DNA from: an uncultured Verrucomicrobiae bacterium
GTDB taxonomy: Bacteria; Verrucomicrobiota; Verrucomicrobiia; Limisphaerales; Palsa-1400
Reading direction: 5' to 3'
Assembly (NCBI GenBank): GCA_963702845.1
Contig: OY969763.1
Span: forward strand, 5,120,001 to 5,184,000
Length of the DNA: 64,000 nucleotides
A model generated the notes under the pieces. That model was not told the DNA's origin, made no database searches, and was given only the letters and a program-made list of their open reading frames with translations. How positions within the stretch are numbered: the stretch's first letter is position 1; each line of letters starts with the position of its first letter. The position numbers were made by a program, and so were the translations under genes. Below, in pieces: positions 39,776 to 49,230 of this stretch.

Positions 39776-41284
39776 GTGGAAACGCGGTCCCAACCAACGG
39801 AAGAAATAGCGCGGGGAAATGCCACCCTTTGGGAGCAACCTTTGCCCAGTGTGAGGCAACTTTCAGCGGCAAAAAGGACGTTGATCGCCCATTTGCGAAA
39901 GGGACAAAGGCCAGTAGTGGACGCGGAAAAAATTCCGCGCTCTGCCCGAGCCCAGATGGGGCCGCTTTCTTCGAACCAGGAGCAGAGCTGGTTCTTCAGC
40001 CAATTACAGCCGCAAAGCCCTTTGTATAACGTTCCGGTGGCAATCCGTGTGCGCGGACATCTGGAAATCGCAGCGCTGCAAAAAGCCATCGAGCAAATTG
40101 TCGCGCGGCATGAGGTATTACGCACGCGCTTCGGGGGTGAATTTGAACCTACGCAAGCGGTCGACGAAATCGCGCCAGTGCCGGCTATTGTGAGCGATCT
40201 GCGCAGTGTTCCCCGGGAGCAGCGGGAAGCGGAATTGCAGCGCAGGGTGCAGGAAGAGGTTCGTCAGCCGTTTGATCTTGCGCGAGACCTGATGATTCGC
40301 GTTCGCGCTTTCCGAATGGAGGAAGACGACTGGGGTTTGACGGTCGTGCTTCATCATATCGCGAGTGATTTTTTGTCGTGGCGAGTGCTGTGCCGGGAAT
40401 TAACGACGCTTTATCAAGGCTTCTTGAACGGGCGGCAAGGCTCTCTAGCCGAATTGCCGATTCAATATAGAGATTTCGCGCGCTGGCAGCAGGAATGGCT
40501 GCAAGGGCACGAGTACGAAAGCCATCTTGGCTACTGGCGAACGAACCTAGCTAGCGCGCCCGGACTATTGGAACTCTCGTTTTCACGTCCGCGTCCGCCG
40601 GTGCAGTCATTTCACGGCGCGTGTGAATTCATGGCGTTGCCAACGGAGTTGTACCGGGAATTAGCGGACCTGAGCCGACGCGAAGGTGCCACTTTATTTA
40701 TGACGTTGCTGGCGGGATTTGTCGCACTGCTATGCCGTTATACGAACCGTGAAGATTTGGTCATCGGTTCGCCCGCTGCCGGACGTTGCCGGGCCGAACT
40801 GGAAGATTTGATCGGGTTTTTTGCAAACATAATGGTGTTGCGCACGAGCGTGAAGGACGACCCAAGTTTTCGCGAACTCTTGCGGCGCACGCGCGAGGTG
40901 GTGCTGGATGCGCTGGCGCACCAGGAAGTGCCCTTTGCAAAATTGGTCCAGGAACTGCGCCCTGCGCGCAGTGCCAGCCATCTGCCGTTTTTCCAAATCG
41001 TGTTCATGTTGCAGCAGGACCTCGCGGCCAGCTTTCGCCTGCCGGGTGTCACGGCAACCGACATCGAAGTGGATACCGGCATCGCCAAGTTCGATTTGAT
41101 GCTGACCATTCTGGAAGGCGAACAGGGCCTGCGATGTTGCGCCGAGTATAACACAAGCCTGTTTGAGAAAGCCGATGTTCGCCGGATGCTGTGTGAATAT
41201 CAGCGCTTTCTGCAAATCGTCGTCGTGCGACCTGACGTAAGAGTATCGGAATTCAATTTGGCAAATGCATTCGGATCCCTATGA
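39776..41284 (+). CDS. Standalone NRPS condensation domain protein
   Basis: PLSSNQEQSWF, RHEVLRT, HHIASD active site, YRDFARWQ, IGFFAN and AKFDL. Confidence 0.9.
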   Translation: METRSQPTEEIARGNATLWEQPLPSVRQLSAAKRTLIAHLRKGQRPVVDAEKIPRSARAQMGPLSSNQEQSWFFSQLQPQSPLYNVPVAIRVRGHLEIAALQKAIEQIVARHEVLRTRFGGEFEPTQAVDEIAPVPAIVSDLRSVPREQREAELQRRVQEEVRQPFDLARDLMIRVRAFRMEEDDWGLTVVLHHIASDFLSWRVLCRELTTLYQGFLNGRQGSLAELPIQYRDFARWQQEWLQGHEYESHLGYWRTNLASAPGLLELSFSRPRPPVQSFHGACEFMALPTELYRELADLSRREGATLFMTLLAGFVALLCRYTNREDLVIGSPAAGRCRAELEDLIGFFANIMVLRTSVKDDPSFRELLRRTREVVLDALAHQEVPFAKLVQELRPARSASHLPFFQIVFMLQQDLAASFRLPGVTATDIEVDTGIAKFDLMLTILEGEQGLRCCAEYNTSLFEKADVRRMLCEYQRFLQIVVVRPDVRVSEFNLANAFGSL

Positions 41285-43142
41285 GCACAAAAAAAGCAAA
41301 ATCTGTCGTGGAGCGGGTAATTTCGCACGCCGCTACCAGAGGCGATGCTGTGGCGGTGTCGTCGGGAGGCGGAGCGTTAACGTATGCAGCGTTGGAACGC
41401 CAGTCGCTCGAATTGGCGGAGCATTTGCGCGCGCTCGGAGTCGGGCCTGAAGTTGTGGTTGGATTGTGTTTGCGATCGCCCGCGTTATTGGTGGCTGCGC
41501 TCGCAACCTTGAGAGCTGGCGGCGCTTTTTTGCCGATGGACCCGTCGTATCCGGAAAAACGCCGCGCTTTCATGCTCACTGATGCGTCGGTCCAGGTAGT
41601 CATCAGCAATGACGGAACAGAGCTTCATTGGGTCGGGCAAAATACACCGATCATCGTTCTGGACAATTGCGGTCGAATTGTTCGAAGTTCCGCCTCAACT
41701 CGTTGCCCTTTGCCACCGGATTTTGTGGACCCTGGGCAATTGGCGTATGTCATCTACACTTCAGGTTCAACCGGTCAGCCCAAAGGAGTCGAGGTTACCC
41801 ACGCAAATTTATCCAACCTCATTGATTGGCATCTCCAGACATTCGATGTGACCCCGGAAGATCGAGCCAGTCAGGTCGCTCAAATTGGTTTCGATGCTGC
41901 CATTTGGGAAACGTGGCCGTATCTGTGCGTCGGGGCCAGCCTGCACGTTCCCGGGTCACAAACAGTCAACGACCCAGAGGCATTGCGTGATTGGCTCGTG
42001 GACAACTCAATTACGATCAGTTTTGTGCCCACTCCCATGGCCGAACGACTGCTCTCATTGAAATGGCCCACAAAAACGGCGTTGCGAACAATTCTGACCG
42101 GAGGCGACGTGCTGCACCAGTATGCGCCGGCGAATTTGCCCTTTGCATTGATCAATAATTATGGGCCGACGGAATGCACGGTCGTGGCCACTTCGGGCGT
42201 ATCCCGCCGTGCACTTCAGAAGGCACGTTGCCGCCAATCGGTCTGCCGATTACAAATACGAAGCTTTATGTTCTGGACGAGTTGCAACGACAAGTGACGC
42301 CCGGAACTCCGGGAGAACTTTATATCGGCGGCGCGAGTGTCGCGCGCGGTTACCGAGGGCGTCCGAAACTAAATGCAGAAAGGTTCGTGTCTAATCCATT
42401 CGCGCCCGACCCGACAGATCGGCTTTTCAGGACCGGCGATCTGGTTCGATATTTGCCCGATGGACAAATTGCTTTTTTCGGCCGTGCAGATGAGCAGGTA
42501 AAAATCCGCGGTTTTCGGATTGAACCGAACGAAGTCGTCGCTGCCATCAACGCCCATCCTGGCATACTTCAAAGCGCGGTCGTTGCACGAGACATCAATG
42601 CAGATCGCCGCTTGATCGCATACATCGTTCCTCCATGGAGCGAGTTGGTTCCAACATTGAGCGAACTACGTGATTTTCTGGCCGCGCGTCTGCCGGAATT
42701 TATGGTTCCCTCGAGTTTCGTCCTCTTGGAAACTTTGCCATTGAACGCCAACGGCAAAGTGGATCGCGCTGCACTCCCTGATCCAGACGACGCCAATATT
42801 TTGCGGGATGAGGACTTCGCAGCTCCCAGAAACGAACTCGAACGCACCGTGGCCGGCATTTTAGGCAAGCTGCTCGGCATCGAAAAAGTCGGCGCGGACG
42901 CAAACTTTTTTGCGCTTGGCGGACATTCGCTTCTGGGCACGCAGCTTATTGCGCGATTGCGCGACACTTTCGGAATAGAAATGCCTTTACGTGGTGTTTT
43001 TGAAGCGCCGACAGTGGTCGAGTTGTCCGCCGAAATTGACCGACTCGTTTTGGCCCGCGTCGAAACGATGAGTGAAGAAGAAGCTCAACACCTTCTTGGC
43101 GCAACTGCCGCAACGTTCCACCAAACCAATTATCGTCGATGA
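41281..43142 (+). CDS. NRPS adenylation-PCP didomain (one-base frameshift at ~42200)
   Basis: YTSGSTGQPKG, FDAAIWE, NNYGPTE, then GELYIGG, FRTGD, VKIRGFRIE, NGKVDR and PCP FFALGGHSL in the shifted frame. Confidence 0.88.
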
Positions 43143-44392
43143 CTACCATGGAAAGCCCATCGGCTACGGCGCATAAAAAAGCGTCCGCTCTCAGCCTGTT
43201 TAACCTCCTTGATCCCGAGGTGCTCGCCAACCCATACCCGCTCTTTCATCGCCTGCGCGCCGAGGATCCCGTGCACTGGGATCCGTTCCTGCACTCGTGG
43301 GTCGTGACGCGCTACGCAGACGTGGTGCGCGTCTTAAAAGAATTTTCCGCGGAGCGAACCCCTTCTCCAGATCAACTCACTGCCATCGGACTTTCGCAAC
43401 TCAACCCGATCGCGCAGGTCATGGTCAAACAAATGCTTTTCCTGGACGCGCCGGCACACACGCGCATTCGCGGGCTGGCTTCGGCCGCATTTACGCCTAA
43501 TAAAGTCGAAGCCTTGCGCTCGCACATCCGCGAGATCACCCGAGAGCTGATTGACAAAGTCGCTGCCAGCGGACGAATGGAAGTCATCGCCGATTTAGCC
43601 GAACCGCTGCCCTGCATCGTTACTGCTGAGATGCTCGGCGTCCCCGTGGAGGACCATCGCCGCCTCAAACTCTGGTCGCAGGATTTTGCGGAAATGCTCG
43701 GAAATTTTCAGCACAACCCTGACCACACGACGCGCATTCTCAAAAGCACCGAGGAAATGACCACCTACTTTCGTTGCGCCATGCACAATGAAAAACTGCG
43801 GCCCGATGGACTCGTTTGCTCGTTGCGCGACGCCAAAGTTCAGGGCGATTCCCTCACCGAAGAAGAGGTCATCGCCAACTGCATCGTCACGATGGTCGGC
43901 GGCCAGGAAACGACAACCAATTTAATTGGTAACGGCGTGCTCTCGTTGTTGCGCAACCCGGAACAATTGGAAAAACTGCGCGCAAACCTTGCCTTAATTC
44001 CATCAGCTGTTGAAGAGTTACTCCGTTACGAAAGCCCGAGCCAGCACACGGCGCGCCTCGCGCCCGAAGACACACAAATCGGCGGCAAAACCATTCAGAA
44101 ACGTCAGGCCGTCATGGCCGTGATGGCCGCAGCCAACCGCGACCCGGAACGCTTTCCCGATCCCGACCGCCTGGACATTGCCCGCACCGACAACAAACAC
44201 GTGGCGTTCGGAGGCGGCGCGCATTTTTGTTTTGGCGCGGCGCTCGCGCGCATCGAGGGACAGATCGTTTTTGAAGAATTGTTGCGCCGATTTCCCTTTT
44301 GGTCGCTCGAACCCGGGCCTCTGCAGTGGAGGACAAACTTGGGATTGCGCGGATTGACTGAGTTGCCAGTCTCTTTCGACCGCCTCCACTAA
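43139..44392 (+). CDS. Cytochrome P450
   Basis: GGQETTT I-helix, EELLR, and AFGGGAHFCFG heme Cys; start overlaps the NRPS stop (ATGA). Confidence 0.95.
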   Translation: MTTMESPSATAHKKASALSLFNLLDPEVLANPYPLFHRLRAEDPVHWDPFLHSWVVTRYADVVRVLKEFSAERTPSPDQLTAIGLSQLNPIAQVMVKQMLFLDAPAHTRIRGLASAAFTPNKVEALRSHIREITRELIDKVAASGRMEVIADLAEPLPCIVTAEMLGVPVEDHRRLKLWSQDFAEMLGNFQHNPDHTTRILKSTEEMTTYFRCAMHNEKLRPDGLVCSLRDAKVQGDSLTEEEVIANCIVTMVGGQETTTNLIGNGVLSLLRNPEQLEKLRANLALIPSAVEELLRYESPSQHTARLAPEDTQIGGKTIQKRQAVMAVMAAANRDPERFPDPDRLDIARTDNKHVAFGGGAHFCFGAALARIEGQIVFEELLRRFPFWSLEPGPLQWRTNLGLRGLTELPVSFDRLH

Positions 44393-44537
44393 TTGCTCAC
44401 GACAAGCGAATACGTCGCAAACGAACCCAGCGAAACTTGCTGGCAAAAGGATGCATTTTGATTTCTCCTTTTGGAAACGCGTCGTGACTCCAATTCATTT
44501 AAATTTTACCTCGCGTCAACAATCCCTCGAGCAAGAA

Positions 44538-45296
44538 ATGGGAGAGCAACTGTTCGTATCCGGTTTGGTAGGACCTTACCGGATTTTTCAGCGCATCAAC
44601 GGACATCGACATTCCATTGATGACGCCACGACTGCCTGGTATGCGCTCCAGAAAAGTCCGGTGGTGAAGAGAACGCTTGATTTGGGTGCGGGAATCGGAA
44701 CGGTTGGTTTAGCCGTCCTTTGGGGGTTGGGAGATGGCGCGCATCTCACCTGTGTGGAAGCGCAGGATGTGAGTTACAAATTATTAGTTGAGAACATCTG
44801 TGGGAATGAATTGAACGACCGCGTCCGGGCCAGTCACGGAGACATCCGCACGATACATCTTGGAGAACAATTCCCGCTGATCACCGGAAGCCCTCCGTAT
44901 TTCCCTGTCGGAACGGGCTCATTGCCGACGGATTCCCAAAAGGCGCATGCACGATTTGAACTTAGAGGTGATGTGGGAGACTACGCACAAGCTGCGAAAA
45001 GGCACATAACGGAGGACGGCCTGTTTGTGTTTTGCTTTCCGTTCCAACAAAAGAACCGGTGCATAAAACTGGTGCGTGAAGTCGGATTTAAGTTCATGAC
45101 AATTCGCGATGTGGTGCCGATGAAGAGTAAGCCACCATTGTTTTCTCTGTATTGTGCCTCAGTCAATTACGCTGGCACGACTATTGAAGAACCCCCCTTA
45201 ATCGTTGCGTTCGAGGACGGCAAATACACCCCTGAGATGAGAGAACTGCAGGCCACGCGCGGTTTTGGCCCAGAAGGCACGAATGTGATTGCGTAG
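44538..45296 (+). CDS. Class I SAM methyltransferase (TrmN6/YfiC-like)
   Basis: IFQRINGHRHSIDD, LDLGAGIG, GSPPYF and ARFE; start uncertain (44451 or 44538). Confidence 0.75.
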   Translation: MGEQLFVSGLVGPYRIFQRINGHRHSIDDATTAWYALQKSPVVKRTLDLGAGIGTVGLAVLWGLGDGAHLTCVEAQDVSYKLLVENICGNELNDRVRASHGDIRTIHLGEQFPLITGSPPYFPVGTGSLPTDSQKAHARFELRGDVGDYAQAAKRHITEDGLFVFCFPFQQKNRCIKLVREVGFKFMTIRDVVPMKSKPPLFSLYCASVNYAGTTIEEPPLIVAFEDGKYTPEMRELQATRGFGPEGTNVIA

Positions 45297-45461
45297 CTCT
45301 TTTTAGCAGCAGCGAGCTATTAGAAACTCCTTATCCAACAAACTTCGCAGGTAGGAACGATCGCGCCGCGTCGTCCTCGTAACAATCCTTCGCCAACTGA
45401 CTTCCCCAAACCGCATCCAGTCAGAGCGACAAGCTCGCATGGCGCCCTTTGAACGAAGTAT

Positions 45462-47270
45462 TCAGTGCAAACGAAAAAACTGCCGGCTCAAGCCGGGGCC
45501 GATCGTGAACGGATTATACGTATTCGTTACATCGACATAGGGACCAACAACGTTGGTTGCGGATTGCAGGTGGAGTGAAGAGATAAAAGGCGCGGGCCAA
45601 CTGATTACCACGTTCGTTTGCACGACAGAAATGTTCATCGTCGGTTGGTCCGTGGGCACGATTTCACCGGATGGAAGTTGGCGGGCAAATTGCGTCCCAT
45701 TGAAGTTGATTTGCGCTAATTGCGCCGGAGTGAGGCCATGGTCGCTGTTACCGACATAGAGGCGAGTCGAACCACCGCCGTTGGTTGAGCCTTGCCAGCC
45801 ATAAACCGTCAACGGCTGAGACGACGACCATGGAAGGGTAGAGCTGTCCTGAAACGTAATAACACAGGGGTTAGTCGCGAATTTGATCGACGACGAATCG
45901 TCGGGCCCAGAAAGAATCAACGGGCCAAATGCCTGGTTCGTCACTCCGCAACTGAAATCACACCCTTCAAATTGGACCGACCCCTGTTCGACAAGTCTGC
46001 CCCCGGTGAAATTAAACTGGCAGTTACCCAGGACAAGGTTGCTACATTGCAAAAGCCCGCTCTGGAAGTTGAATGTTAGGTTATCGTAAGAACCAATCGA
46101 GAGACTGTTCGTGACTATGTTGGTTGCATTAACGAGCTGAAAGGTTGGCCCATACGGATACAACGAAAAGAAGTTATAACCATAGTCCGCGGTTGAGCAA
46201 TATGCGATCCCGCCAGTTTGCGTAAACGCGCCGGAAATTTCGCCGCTGACAGACAGAATGCCACCGCTTTGGGTGAAGTTGCCGAATGGGCCATTTAACA
46301 ACACGTTGTCAACAAATAGCTGGCCGCCTTGTAAAAGGTATTCCCCGGAGCTGGGATAATCGTATTCGTCATCGATGCCGGATGTCTCAACAGCGCCAAC
46401 TCGGACAGTGCCGCTGACCTGGGTAAAACGTCCGTTGCCATAACCGAGGGCGATGAGAGGTGTGCTCAAAGTTCCATTCTGCATCGTCCAATTGCCCCCG
46501 CTGGAATTCCCAGCAACGGCAACACCAATAGATATGCTGTTGGTCACAACGGCATTTCCACCAACCTGGTTAAAAAAGCCGCTGCCGGTGGCTCCGATTT
46601 CAACCGAGCCCGCAGAGAACGTTCCGTTGCTGATGTTGTAAGTGCCGGCCAGGTCCAAACTGTCAAACTGCGCCAGGCCGCCGCTTTGCGTAATGGCGCC
46701 ATCGTAATAAGTCGGCCCGGATAGAAAGCCGACGTAGGCCCGTCCGCATACCAGGGTGCCGTTAGTGAGATTGTAATAGCCGGGATTATGCACGCCCAGC
46801 GCGATCGCTCCCGGGAAAACGTTGGAGCCACCATCTTGATTGATAACGCCGTCGACCGAAGTAAACGGATTTGTGCCGTCGACGCGGATCATGCCGTTCA
46901 GATTGAGCAGCACCGAGTTACTTAGCACAGTAAGACTATCTTTGACCTGAAGCGGGTGCGCTGTCCCGGTAAAGTTCAACAACAGCGTGTTGGTCGAGAG
47001 AGGCGTCCCGCCGATCGTCAGGTTGCTGATCGAAAGTGTGCCCGGATAATTATTAACAGTATTTGCACCGATGATGATCGCTTTCTGCCCGTAATTGGTG
47101 ATCACGATCGCCGATTGCGAAATAGCCGGACGCATGCCCAATGACCACGTGAGATTTTCCCACGCTCCCGTGACAGTCCCAGTCCAACTATTGGTCTGCG
47201 CTAAGGACGACATGGAAGCGGCAATTAGAATGAGCAGCCCCATTAAATTCCTACTGATCGAATGGTTCAT
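45462..47270 (-). CDS. Secreted Gly/Ser/Thr/Asn-rich beta-solenoid-like protein with C-terminal tail domain
   Basis: Signal peptide, TNSWTG..GAW N-terminus, repeated FTQSGG/YNLTNG units, ends QFFRLH. Confidence 0.75.
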   Translation of the reverse strand: MNHSISRNLMGLLILIAASMSSLAQTNSWTGTVTGAWENLTWSLGMRPAISQSAIVITNYGQKAIIIGANTVNNYPGTLSISNLTIGGTPLSTNTLLLNFTGTAHPLQVKDSLTVLSNSVLLNLNGMIRVDGTNPFTSVDGVINQDGGSNVFPGAIALGVHNPGYYNLTNGTLVCGRAYVGFLSGPTYYDGAITQSGGLAQFDSLDLAGTYNISNGTFSAGSVEIGATGSGFFNQVGGNAVVTNSISIGVAVAGNSSGGNWTMQNGTLSTPLIALGYGNGRFTQVSGTVRVGAVETSGIDDEYDYPSSGEYLLQGGQLFVDNVLLNGPFGNFTQSGGILSVSGEISGAFTQTGGIAYCSTADYGYNFFSLYPYGPTFQLVNATNIVTNSLSIGSYDNLTFNFQSGLLQCSNLVLGNCQFNFTGGRLVEQGSVQFEGCDFSCGVTNQAFGPLILSGPDDSSSIKFATNPCVITFQDSSTLPWSSSQPLTVYGWQGSTNGGGSTRLYVGNSDHGLTPAQLAQINFNGTQFARQLPSGEIVPTDQPTMNISVVQTNVVISWPAPFISSLHLQSATNVVGPYVDVTNTYNPFTIGPGLSRQFFRLH

Positions 47271-47676
47271 AGTTTTCCGTAATTCCAATCAGATTTTTCG
47301 AGGGAGATGCGACTGTATCAACACGGCTCGACTAGAGGATCAGCTTGCAGATGATTTTTTCCCCCAAGAGAGGATGAAAGGACGATGGAAAAAGGTTGAG
47401 ATATCGCGCGTCGTCCCCGTAAAAATCCTTCACCCACCAATTTCCTTCGTGTTTGATAGTAATCTGTCGGAGACGAGGAAGCTCGCGACAGCATGCGTCA
47501 AAACAATTTGTTCTGGCGTGCGAGTCTCTAACTTCAATTTGTGCCGCTTACACGCGACAAACGAATGTTTTACCGTCCATCATTTACAACGACCACCATC
47601 GCAAGCAGGATACGCAGCCCTCCGGAGAAACTAAACATGCCGTAGGCGAGTCAACCGCAGAAGAAAAGTAAAAATT

Positions 47677-47802
47677 ATGGGCGATAAAAACCCCAAGTCT
47701 AATCAGAAGAAATCCTCCCAGAAACAATCCAAGGCCAACAGCGCCGATCAAAAGAAAAAAGCGGCCGCGTTCGCCAAGCAGGGTGCCGCTAAGAAAAAAT
47801 AA
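47677..47802 (+). CDS. 41-aa Lys-rich small protein (absent from the ORF track)
   Basis: MGDKNPKSNQKKSSQKQSKANSADQKKKAAAFAKQGAAKKK*, with A-rich leader and a downstream hairpin (TGTCTCTCCCG..CGGGAGAGACA). Confidence 0.6.
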   Translation: MGDKNPKSNQKKSSQKQSKANSADQKKKAAAFAKQGAAKKK

Positions 47803-47930
47803 CTGGCCGCCATTGGCTGCTGTCTCTCCCGAATAGAAAACGGGAGAGACAGATTCCTCCTTCTCAAACCCGCAGACGACCAGTCACCGCGTTCCGTCGT
47901 TTTTCCATTCTTTTTCATTATATTAAACAT

Positions 47931-47968
47931 TTGACAAATCACTCCATTTACTTAAATGTTTTAAGTAA
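47931..47968 (+). promoter_or_regulatory. Promoter with overlapping palindromic operator
   Basis: TTGACA at 47931; TTACTTAAA-TGT-TTTAAGTAA palindrome over the -10 region. Confidence 0.6.
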
Positions 47969-47996
47969 TTAAACAAACCAAGCCTAAAATAAATCT

Positions 47997-48674
47997 ATGA
48001 AACAAGAGTTTGATCGAGTGAAAAACGACGTCGAAACAATCCAGAAGGCGATGGGATTGGCCCCTTCGATCGGGCTGGAGTGGATTCAGTGGATGAAACG
48101 CGACAGCTGGTTCAGCCTGTGGTGGTGCGTGCCGGGATTGATCCTCATCGCTACGGCGCTGTTGTCCTTTGACCATGCGAAACGGTATGGGGGCCTGGTG
48201 GCCGATCAATGGGCCGGACTTCTGGTCGCTGGCACGCTGCTCGGACTTGCCATCGGCCATACTCGACAAGTAACAGGCAAAGACGGCCGCCCGGAAGGCA
48301 TGGTCCGCGAATCCAAACGGACCCACGGAGTCACCGCGCAAGGATTCTGGTTCGGTGCGGCACTGATGTTGCAACTCTTGTTGTATTTTGTGTGGGGCAG
48401 GATTTATCACGTTGCATTCGAACCATTCTGGGCAGGTCTCTTTATTCTCCTGGGATCCTCATGCTTGGTGGCGGCGTTGGCTGGAAAAGCATGGATACTA
48501 TTGGGGTACGCCCTTCCATTTCTCGCCTACGGCCTTTGCCTTCCGCTAGCCAATGGTAATCATACAGCCAAAGGAGTCTTGCTTGGCGTGATGTTTATCG
48601 TTGTGGCATTGTCGTTTTCCATCATTCAAGTCTGGCAAATCCGGAACATCGAACGACAAAATGAATCCCATTGA
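47997..48674 (+). CDS. Hypothetical multi-pass membrane protein
   Basis: About 6 hydrophobic helices; overlaps the downstream regulator. Confidence 0.75.
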   Translation: MKQEFDRVKNDVETIQKAMGLAPSIGLEWIQWMKRDSWFSLWWCVPGLILIATALLSFDHAKRYGGLVADQWAGLLVAGTLLGLAIGHTRQVTGKDGRPEGMVRESKRTHGVTAQGFWFGAALMLQLLLYFVWGRIYHVAFEPFWAGLFILLGSSCLVAALAGKAWILLGYALPFLAYGLCLPLANGNHTAKGVLLGVMFIVVALSFSIIQVWQIRNIERQNESH

Positions 48675-48975
48675 TTTCAACGGGCTCGACACCGCAGTCC
48701 ACGGCCCGATCCGGCTCGGCATCATGACCGCATTGCAGGTGGACGGTGCGCTTGATTTCACGACTTTGAAAAAACGGCTCGATACCGTCGATGGCAGTTT
48801 GAATCTGCATTTGGGAAAGCTCGATGAATGCGGCTACATCACCAGCAAAAAAGCGTTCGTCGCGTTGAGACCAAAAACAACCTACAGAATCACCCCAGCT
48901 GGTCGTAAGGCGCTCACCAATTACCTGCAAAGCATGAAGACCCTCATTGAATATCTTGAATCAGTGAAAGAATAA
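48661..48975 (+). CDS. Winged-helix transcriptional regulator (ArsR/MarR-like, HTH_34)
   Basis: VHGPIRLGIMTAL..DFTTLK..DGSLNLHLGKL..GYI..PKTTYRITPAGR. Confidence 0.85.
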   Translation: MNPIDFNGLDTAVHGPIRLGIMTALQVDGALDFTTLKKRLDTVDGSLNLHLGKLDECGYITSKKAFVALRPKTTYRITPAGRKALTNYLQSMKTLIEYLESVKE

Positions 48976-49230
48976 GAGCCTTTTGGAACGCGCGCCGGTT
49001 GATGACCAGAAAGGCGTAGGTTCTGCTTATTCGCAAAAATGGCGAAGCACCGCATTGACGAACCCAAGATCGCGAATCCGACTCACCGACTCACCGTCCC
49101 GAACCCGTTGCGTGTTTGTATCATTGGCGTCATCACGTTGAAACAAAGTTGACTTTAACCAACAAAATCAGTCCACTGGCAAACATTCGCCACGGCATTA
49201 ACTCATCTTTAACCAGTAAAACTACACACT

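Noticed and set aside
44538..45296. Methyltransferase as an NRPS tailoring enzyme
   Set aside because: Separated by a gap, and motifs resemble tRNA adenine-N6 methyltransferases; membership is unsupported though not excluded.
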